Shown in pieces: positions 51,567 through 60,658 of a stretch of 60,658 bases of DNA. Source of the DNA: an uncultured Porticoccus sp. (GTDB taxonomy: Bacteria > Pseudomonadota > Gammaproteobacteria > Pseudomonadales > Porticoccaceae); the NCBI GenBank assembly GCA_964608185.1, contig CAZSMR010000002.1:3494-64151 (forward strand), read 5' to 3'. The first letter of the stretch is position 1, and each line of letters starts with the position of its first letter. The position numbers and the translations under genes are program-made. The notes under the pieces were generated by a model. That model was not told where the DNA came from, did not search any database, and was given only the letters and a program-made list of their open reading frames with translations.

Positions 51567-53454
51567 TCTCTAATTCAAGCCATCTCTCTGACGCCAAATC
51601 AAGAGCCTTTTGTTTTTCTTCTAAAGCATCTAAGAGGGGTTGTGTTTCTGTAAAGGGCTTAAGATAAAATTCTGGTTTTGTAGCCTCAGTTTGTAACTGG
51701 ACTATATCTTCTTCCATTTTTTTTATGATTTCTGGAAGCATATCAAGTTCACGTTGGAGTTTATAGCTAAGTTTAGCTAGTGATACTTTTTTTGAATATT
51801 CTCCGCTTGTATTACTAAATGTATTTTTTTCTAACTCTTGACTACTTTGGTGATCTGTAACTTTTAAATCTTTACCGTAGTTTTCCCAGTCACTATATCC
51901 CCCCAGGTATTCTTGAACTTTACCTTTATCTTCAAAAACAAGGACACTTGTGACAACATTGTCGAGAAACTGACGGTCATGGCTAACAATAATTAATGTA
52001 CCTTTATATTCTACAAGCTGCTCTTCAAGAACCTCTAGCATTTCGATATCAAGATCGTTAGTGGGCTCATCTAGTACCAACAAATTAGTTGGTTGAGTAA
52101 ATAATTTAGCTAAAAGAACCCGATTTCTTTCACCCCCAGAAAGGGCTTTTACTGGGGTCATAGCCCTCTTTGGTGAGAATAAAAAGTTTCGTAAGTAACC
52201 TATTATATGACGGTCTTTCCCATTAATTTTTATATACTCTTTTCCGTTCCCAACATTTTCAGCAATAGTTTTTTCGGTATCTAATTCTCGATGAATCTGA
52301 TCAAAGTAGCCTATATTTAAATTAGTGCCTAATTTTACGGATCCCTTATTAGGTGAGATCTGCCCCAAAAGGATTTTTAGTAGTGTTGATTTACCAACAC
52401 CATTATTACCAATGAGACCTATACGATCACCCCTACGTATTTTAATATTGATATTATTTATTAACGTTTCGTCATCGTAGCTGTGCCTAAGACTGCGAGC
52501 CTCGATAACCTTTCGACCTGATTTTTCCGAGGTTTCTACACTGATTTTGGCTTTTCCTTGACGACTAGATCGCTCCATACGCTCTTGTCTCATAGCGATT
52601 AGTGAACGAACTCGCCCCTCATTTCTTGTGCGTCTTGCTTTGATCCCTTGACGAATCCAAACCTCTTCTTCTGCGAGACGCTTGTCAAATAAATTATTTC
52701 GGGTTTCCTCAGTCTCCATTGCTTTTTCTTTGAGCAGCAGGTAATTATTAAAAGTTCCAGGCCAACTAATAAGCTTGCTAACCTCAATCTCTACAATACG
52801 CGTAGCTAATTTCTGTAAAAAATTTCTGTCATGAGTAATAAAAATAACACTTCCTTGATATCCGCGTATTTTATGTTCTAACCATTCAATCGTACTGATA
52901 TCCAGATGGTTAGTGGGCTCATCTAAAAGTAGTAAATCTGGATTTGATACTAACGCTTTGCCTAAGGCAACTCGACGTCGCCAGCCTCCAGAAAGCTCAG
53001 CTAGAGTTTTATTTGCAGGTAAATTTAGCTGACTAATGATAGTTTCTACTTGTTGATCAATCTGCCAACCGCCGCCAGCATCAATTTGTGCTTGTAATTC
53101 CGCTAGCTCATTCAAACCTCTTTTATCCATAGTTTTTTCGGCAAGCTGGTTAAATAGATCAATTAACTTTTGTTGATCAGATAGCCCTTCTCTGACTACA
53201 TCAAAAACTTTAGAATTTACAGCCGAAGGAAGACTCTGTTCAAGCTGACTGATGCGTAAATGTTTTCTATAATGTAATTCGCCAGAATCAGGTGTAATTT
53301 CTCGATTAATAATTTTAAGTAGCGTAGATTTTCCTGCGCCATTTCTACCTATAAGGCAAATACGTTCTCCTGGTTCTACAGAAAAATTAGTACTATGTAA
53401 TAATGGTACATCTCCAAATTCAATAGATATGTCATCTAGACGGATTAGGCTCAT
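51556..53454 (-). CDS. uup: ABC-F family ATPase Uup
   Basis: Two ABC domains (GRNGAGKST, GNNGVGKST, DEPTN), WIRQGIKARRTRNEGRVR, KLSYKLQREL. Confidence 0.95.
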   Translation of the reverse strand: MSLIRLDDISIEFGDVPLLHSTNFSVEPGERICLIGRNGAGKSTLLKIINREITPDSGELHYRKHLRISQLEQSLPSAVNSKVFDVVREGLSDQQKLIDLFNQLAEKTMDKRGLNELAELQAQIDAGGGWQIDQQVETIISQLNLPANKTLAELSGGWRRRVALGKALVSNPDLLLLDEPTNHLDISTIEWLEHKIRGYQGSVIFITHDRNFLQKLATRIVEIEVSKLISWPGTFNNYLLLKEKAMETEETRNNLFDKRLAEEEVWIRQGIKARRTRNEGRVRSLIAMRQERMERSSRQGKAKISVETSEKSGRKVIEARSLRHSYDDETLINNINIKIRRGDRIGLIGNNGVGKSTLLKILLGQISPNKGSVKLGTNLNIGYFDQIHRELDTEKTIAENVGNGKEYIKINGKDRHIIGYLRNFLFSPKRAMTPVKALSGGERNRVLLAKLFTQPTNLLVLDEPTNDLDIEMLEVLEEQLVEYKGTLIIVSHDRQFLDNVVTSVLVFEDKGKVQEYLGGYSDWENYGKDLKVTDHQSSQELEKNTFSNTSGEYSKKVSLAKLSYKLQRELDMLPEIIKKMEEDIVQLQTEATKPEFYLKPFTETQPLLDALEEKQKALDLASERWLELEISE

Positions 53455-53687
53455 AGCTTATCTTACTGTTTGAGTGGTTAGTGATATAGAATATCCGCGA
53501 ATTCTAACAGAATTTTTTATTTTCGTGGCAATCTTAATTTAATTTTTAAAAATAGTTTAATGGTTGGTTTAGAGTAATTCCTAAAAACTAAAGCTCGATC
53601 GTCTATTCAGTCTTTAAGTAGGTGGAGAAGGGGCCAATAATCCGATAGAATTCGATACCTGTATAAGTTTTCAGGTGCTAATATTCA

Positions 53688-54783
53688 ATGGAAATTAATC
53701 CTATCAAGAATACCTTAAAAGACCTTCAGGCAAGAACTGATATGCTTCGGGGGTACCTTTGACTATGTTAATAAAAAAGATCGACTCCTCGAGGTTGAAT
53801 TAGAGCTTGGAGATTCTAGCGTGTGGGCTGATGCCAGCCGCGCTAAAAGTCTTGGTCGAGAGAGATCTTCCTTGCAGCTAATTGTAGAAACGATAGATAC
53901 ACTAGATATAGGAATTTCTGATGCTAGTGAATTTTTGGAGTTAGCATTTACCGAAAAAGATATTGATTCTATAAAAACGATAGAATTGGAACTGTCAGAT
54001 TTATCAACTAGATTAGCTAAGCTAGAGTTTTGTAGAATGTTTTCTGGGCCTATGGACGCTAATAACGCATATTTAGACATTCAATCAGGTTCTGGTGGGA
54101 CTGAAGCACAAGATTGGGCTGAAATGGTTCTACGAATGTACCTTCGTTGGGGAGAGAGAAAAGGGTTCAAGACAACACTTGAAGAAGTTTCTTCAGGGGA
54201 TGTGGCTGGTATAAAAAGTGCTACGATTCACTTTGAAGGGGATTATGCATTTGGCTGGTTACGAACAGAAACAGGAGTTCATCGATTAGTTAGAAAGTCA
54301 CCGTTTGACTCAGGAAATCGAAGGCATACTTCTTTTTGTTCCGTATTTTCCTCCCCAGAAATAGATGACGACATAGAAATTGATATTAATCCGTCAGATG
54401 TACGAACAGATACTTATAGAGCTAGTGGCGCTGGCGGCCAACATATAAACAAGACAGACTCAGCTGTAAGATTAACTCATACCCCATCAGGCGTAGTAGT
54501 TCAGTGTCAAAGTGAGCGATCTCAGCATCAGAATCGAGATAACTGTTGGAAGATGCTAAGAGCAAGGCTTTATGAGCAAGAAATGCTGAAACGAACTGAG
54601 GCTGCTCAGGTACTAGAGGATTCGAAATCAGATATCGGATGGGGTAGCCAGATTCGCTCTTACGTCTTAGATGACCAGAGAATTAAAGATCTACGAACGA
54701 ATGTTCAAACTAGTAACTGTAGCTCAGTGTTAGATGGAAGCTTAGATCAGTTTATAGAAGCATCGCTAAAAGCAGGCTTGTAA
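53688..54783 (+). CDS. prfB: Peptide chain release factor 2, expressed via a programmed +1 frameshift
   Basis: ATG 53688, 24 codons to CTT-TGA-C (53757-53763), then the +1 frame continues to SPF and GAGGQH motifs. Confidence 0.98.
53748..53763 (+). other. prfB +1 frameshift cassette
   Basis: CGGGGG-TAC-CTT-TGA-C: internal SD-like element, 3-nt spacer, slippery CTT-T and a UGA stop. Confidence 0.95.
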
Positions 54784-54853
54784 ATGTATAAATCCTAGTT
54801 GAGAATATATTGGCTGAACTTTATTAATCTAAATTAAATGAATTGGAAAAAAG

Positions 54854-56365
54854 ATGAGCAAAGAATTAAATCAAGATGAGAATAAACTAATTGCCGAAAG
54901 AAGGGCTAAATTAGAAGTAATTCGTGAACAGGCCTCTAATGCTAACATAAGCTCTTTTCCTAATGACTTTAGGAGAAAAAATCTAGCCGATGATTTACAA
55001 AAAAAATATTCAAATAAGTTAAAAGAGGAACTTGAGATATCCGGACACGAAGTAAGTGTTGCTGGCCGCTTAATAAGAAATCGCGGTGCTTTTATGGTAG
55101 TTCAGGACATGTCTGGAACCATACAGCTGTATGTAACTAAAGAAGCTAGGCCTTTCGCTAAGAGCTTGGATCTTGGAGATATTGTAGGTATTAACGGAGT
55201 CCTACATAAATCTGGCAAAGGTGACTTGTATGTAAGTATGGATGATAATTATCTTTTAACAAAATCATTAAGACCTTTGCCTGATAAGCATCATGGCCTA
55301 TCAGACAAAGAATTAAGATATCGGCAACGTTACGTCGATCTCATCGTGAATCCTGATTCTCGCGAAGTATTTAAAATTCGTACACAAGTTATCAATTTTC
55401 TTCGCTCTTATCTTAACGATAACCACTTTATGGAAGTCGAAACTCCGATGCTTCAGGTTATTCCTGGGGGAGCCGCAGCCCGACCTTTTGTTACTCACCA
55501 TAATGCACTAGATCTCGATATGTATTTGAGAATTGCACCAGAACTATATTTAAAAAGATTAGTAGTTGGAGGTTTCGAGCGGGTATATGAAATTAACCGT
55601 AATTTTCGTAATGAAGGTCTGTCTACTAGGCACAATCCTGAGTTTACTATGCTTGAGTTTTATCAGGCTTATTCAGACTATATCGACTTAATGGATATGA
55701 CTGAAGATATGTTACGGAAGTTAGCCTTTTCGGTATTAGGTAAATTTACTGTTAGTAGTACGCTAAGAGATAAGGAAGGCGCGACGATCCAAGAAACAAT
55801 CTATGATTTTTCAAAACCCTTTCAAAGAATGTCAGTTTTTAATTCTATACTAAAGTTTAATGCAGGTATTTCAGCTGAAGAGTTAAGTGATGAACAAGGG
55901 GCTCGAAATATTGCATCAAATCTTGATATTCCTCTAAAAGATATCTGGGGTTTAGGTAAGGTTCAAATCGAGATTTTTGAAAAAACCGTAGAACACTTAC
56001 TTGATGAGCCAACATTTATCATAGAGTATCCAACAGAGGTATCACCACTGGCTCGCCGAAATGATAATAATCGATTTGTAACAGATAGATTTGAATTTTT
56101 TGTGGGGGGGAAAGAGATAGCTAATGGATTTTCAGAGCTAAATGATGCAGAAGACCAGGCCTTAAGATTCAGTCAGCAAGTAGCTGAAAAAGATGCTGGA
56201 GACGAAGAAGCCATGCATTATGATTCAGACTATATTAGAGCACTAGAATATGGATTACCTCCAACTGCTGGAGAGGGAATTGGTATTGATCGATTAGTCA
56301 TGCTTTTGACAAATTCTTCATCCATACGAGATGTACTTTTGTTTCCTCATATGCGACCAGAATAG
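54854..56365 (+). CDS. lysS: Lysine--tRNA ligase (class II)
   Basis: [38 protein letters not shown]. Confidence 0.98.
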   Translation: MSKELNQDENKLIAERRAKLEVIREQASNANISSFPNDFRRKNLADDLQKKYSNKLKEELEISGHEVSVAGRLIRNRGAFMVVQDMSGTIQLYVTKEARPFAKSLDLGDIVGINGVLHKSGKGDLYVSMDDNYLLTKSLRPLPDKHHGLSDKELRYRQRYVDLIVNPDSREVFKIRTQVINFLRSYLNDNHFMEVETPMLQVIPGGAAARPFVTHHNALDLDMYLRIAPELYLKRLVVGGFERVYEINRNFRNEGLSTRHNPEFTMLEFYQAYSDYIDLMDMTEDMLRKLAFSVLGKFTVSSTLRDKEGATIQETIYDFSKPFQRMSVFNSILKFNAGISAEELSDEQGARNIASNLDIPLKDIWGLGKVQIEIFEKTVEHLLDEPTFIIEYPTEVSPLARRNDNNRFVTDRFEFFVGGKEIANGFSELNDAEDQALRFSQQVAEKDAGDEEAMHYDSDYIRALEYGLPPTAGEGIGIDRLVMLLTNSSSIRDVLLFPHMRPE

Positions 56366-56405
56366 AAACCCGTTGCCCTTATTATTTAAATTATAGGTTA
56401 TGTAA

Positions 56406-59174
56406 TTAGATATCTATGATTTTTTCTTTTTGTTTTAATATTTTGGTATGGGTTTTTTCTACCTCTTTAAGTCGCTCTTTTTCTGCCTTCACAATATCTT
56501 GTGGAGCTTTGCTAGTAAATGATTCGTTTGCTAACTTGTTTTTGATACGTAGTTGTTCTTTTTTGACCTTTTCTAGTTCTTTATCGAGCCTCTTAACCTC
56601 TTCTTTTTTATCAATCAGCCCGGCCATAGGAACAAGAATTTCCATTTCTCCCATCAGTGCTGTTATGGAGGTTGGCGCTTCTTCGTCAGGGGAAAGCCAG
56701 ATGATTTTCTCCAGATAACCTAATTTAACCAAATAAGCTTTGTTTTGATCTAGGCGGCGCTTGTCTTCTTTTGTCCCATTACGTAAGTAAATAGTTAGCA
56801 TTTTGGCTGGCGATATATTCATTTCACCACGAATATTGCGAATTCCAACAACAGCATTTTTAAGCCACTCAACATTTATAGTGGCCTCTTTATCTATAAG
56901 GTTTTCATTAGCTAAAGGATAAGGCTGCAACATGATAGTTTCACCCTCAACTCCGACTAAACTTTTTACCTGTTGCCATATCTCTTCTGTAATAAATGGC
57001 ATAAATGGATGCGCCATTCTCAGGGTAGCTTCCAAGACTCTTATTAAAGTTCGACGCGTTCCTATTTTTAGTAATGGGTCAATATCTTCCCCCCATAAAA
57101 TAGGCTTGGAGAGCTCTAAGTACCAGTCACAATATTCATTCCATATAAATTCGTAAATAGCTTGAGATGCTAAATCAAACCGGTAGTTTTCAATCGCACC
57201 TACAACTTCCTTCTCAACTTTCTGTAATCGACTTATAATCCAACGATCAGGTAGTGATAGACGATAATTTTTGTGATCATTTTGCCCGCATTCCTGACCC
57301 TCGGTATTCATCAATACATAACGTGCAGCGTTCCATATTTTATTACAAAAATTACGAAAACCTTCAATTCTACCCACATCGAAGTTAATATCTCGTCCGG
57401 TTGCTGCTAGAGAGTAGTACGTAAAGCGAAGTGCATCGGTCCCATAAGCTCCTATACCATTTGAAAATTCTTTACGTGTTTGCTTGTCGATTTTTTCGCG
57501 CAGTTGAGGCACCATCATTCCTGAAGTTCTTTTTGTAACCAGCGGCTCAAGCTCAATACCATCAATCAAGTCTATAGGATCAAGAACGTTCCCTTTAGAC
57601 TTTGACATTTTTTGGCCTTGACTATCCCGAACTAGACCATGAACAAAGACTGTTTTGAATGGAACATCACCCATAAAATATAGGCTCATCATAATCATTC
57701 TTGCGACCCAAAAGAAAATAATATCGAATCCGGTAACTAGAACACTTGTAGGGTGATGTTTTTCTAAAAGTTTATTATTTTCTGGCCAACCAAGAGTTGC
57801 AAAAGTCCACAAACTGGATGAAAACCAAGTATCTAAAACATCATTATCTTGTGTGAGCCCAACACTACCAAGATCATTTTTCTGACGAATTTCTTCTTCA
57901 GATCTCCCAACATAAAAATTACCCTCATTGTCATACCAGGCAGGAATGCGATGCCCCCACCAAAGTTGTCGAGATATACACCAATCTTGAATATTTCGCA
58001 TCCAAGAAAAATACATATTTTCATATTGTTTTGGTACAAACTCGATATCACCCTCTTCAACTGCAATAACAGCTTTCTTGGCAAGAGGGGATGTTCTGAC
58101 ATACCATTGGTTGGTTAGATAGGGTTCTATGATCATACCTGAGCGATCACCACGAGGTATTTTTATTCTATGAGGTTCAATTTTTTCAAGTAACCCTAAT
58201 TTATCGAGGTCACCTATAATTTTTTTTCTTGCATCGAATCTGCCCATTCCGATGTACTCAGGTGGTACATTTGAGTTTAGTCGGGCATCATCATCAAATA
58301 TATTTATTACAGGTAAACTATGACGTTGCCCCATTTCATAGTCGTTGAAATCATGAGCAGGCGTAATTTTAACGCAACCTGTACCAAAATCTTTATCGAC
58401 ATAGTCATCAGCTATTATTAGAATTTTACGATTAGTAAGAGGTAAAATAATATGCTTGCCAATAAGATTTTTATATCTTTCGTCTTCAGGATGAACTGCA
58501 ACCGCGGTATCTCCAAGCATAGTTTCTGGCCGAGTGGTTGCAACTGTTAAAAACCCATCTTTATTAGACAAGGGATATTTAAAGTGCCATAAATTACCTT
58601 CCTCTTCTTCTGAGATTACCTCAAGATCAGAAATAGCGGTATGTAGCTTAGGATCCCAATTTACGAGCCTTTTTCCTCGATAGATTAGATTATCCTCATA
58701 CATTCTAATGAAGGCCTCTTGGACAGCCGTATAAAATCCGTCATCCATAGTGAAGCGCTCTCTAGACCAGTCTGCGGAGGCACCTAAACGTCGGAGTTGA
58801 CTTGTAATAGTTCCTCCTGATACTTTCTTCCAGTTCCAAACTTTTTTTATGAATTCTTTTCGACCTAAGTCATGACGTGTGATTCCATCATTGCTTAGAA
58901 GACGCTCAACTACCATTTGTGTAGCAATTCCAGCATGATCTGTACCTACTTGCCATAAAGTGTCCTTACCTTTCATTCGCTGGTAGCGAACCAAGGCATC
59001 CATGATAGCCTCTTGAAAACCATGACCCATATGAAGATTTCCGGTGACATTCGGTGGAGGTATCATTATGCAGAAAGATGGAGCACCATTTTCTGTGGAT
59101 TTAAAATATCCACGTTTTTCCCAGATTTTATACCACTGAATTTCTATATCTTTGGGACGATAAGTTTTTTCCAT
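56406..59174 (-). CDS. valS: Valine--tRNA ligase
   Basis: [30 protein letters not shown] and a C-terminal coiled coil. Confidence 0.98.
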   Translation of the reverse strand: MEKTYRPKDIEIQWYKIWEKRGYFKSTENGAPSFCIMIPPPNVTGNLHMGHGFQEAIMDALVRYQRMKGKDTLWQVGTDHAGIATQMVVERLLSNDGITRHDLGRKEFIKKVWNWKKVSGGTITSQLRRLGASADWSRERFTMDDGFYTAVQEAFIRMYEDNLIYRGKRLVNWDPKLHTAISDLEVISEEEEGNLWHFKYPLSNKDGFLTVATTRPETMLGDTAVAVHPEDERYKNLIGKHIILPLTNRKILIIADDYVDKDFGTGCVKITPAHDFNDYEMGQRHSLPVINIFDDDARLNSNVPPEYIGMGRFDARKKIIGDLDKLGLLEKIEPHRIKIPRGDRSGMIIEPYLTNQWYVRTSPLAKKAVIAVEEGDIEFVPKQYENMYFSWMRNIQDWCISRQLWWGHRIPAWYDNEGNFYVGRSEEEIRQKNDLGSVGLTQDNDVLDTWFSSSLWTFATLGWPENNKLLEKHHPTSVLVTGFDIIFFWVARMIMMSLYFMGDVPFKTVFVHGLVRDSQGQKMSKSKGNVLDPIDLIDGIELEPLVTKRTSGMMVPQLREKIDKQTRKEFSNGIGAYGTDALRFTYYSLAATGRDINFDVGRIEGFRNFCNKIWNAARYVLMNTEGQECGQNDHKNYRLSLPDRWIISRLQKVEKEVVGAIENYRFDLASQAIYEFIWNEYCDWYLELSKPILWGEDIDPLLKIGTRRTLIRVLEATLRMAHPFMPFITEEIWQQVKSLVGVEGETIMLQPYPLANENLIDKEATINVEWLKNAVVGIRNIRGEMNISPAKMLTIYLRNGTKEDKRRLDQNKAYLVKLGYLEKIIWLSPDEEAPTSITALMGEMEILVPMAGLIDKKEEVKRLDKELEKVKKEQLRIKNKLANESFTSKAPQDIVKAEKERLKEVEKTHTKILKQKEKIIDI

Positions 59175-59319
59175 GAGAGCTCATTTTGTTGTTGTATCAA
59201 GGTGTACTAATTTACCCATAGTAGTTAGGTAAAAAAAATGTAGTGTTATCAAAAAACTTGAATTATAAATGGATAGGTATAACCGAGTCGATTAACTTAT
59301 GTCCAATAATAGTTTTTAG

Positions 59320-60658
<1,339 letters not shown>

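Noticed and set aside
53757-53763. prfB as a pseudogene
   Set aside because: The stop lies in the canonical programmed frameshift motif.

Overview
An AT-rich bacterial chromosome segment, almost fully coding. Gene content and order suggest a free-living marine gammaproteobacterium related to Cellvibrionales/Pseudomonadales (inferred, not searched). Most of it is housekeeping: serB, epmB-efp-epmA, miaA-hfq-hflXKC, hisZ-purA, ffh, rpsP-rimM-trmD-rplS, xerD-dsbC, hom-thrC, recJ, uup, frameshifted prfB, lysS, valS, holC and a partial pepA. The first ~21 kb is metabolic and accessory. It holds nrdJb, gcvT-gcvP with no gcvH, gabD, and an AraC regulator whose only plausible start is ATC/ATT. That regulator faces a B12-dependent propionyl-CoA/methylmalonyl-CoA operon. 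Next come a lone sulfur-oxidiser-type sat, a lipoprotein joining a cytochrome c5-like leader to a pseudoazurin domain, a divergent CmoA-like methyltransferase, HMG-CoA lyase and a NifM/nar-type parvulin. Two small insertions lie in the core: an FTR1 iron permease plus an uncharacterised His/Glu-rich secreted protein behind a Fur box, and a tonB-exbB-exbD unit with no receptor. I saw no tRNA, rRNA, CRISPR array, IS element or prophage. All family calls come from motif recognition by eye.
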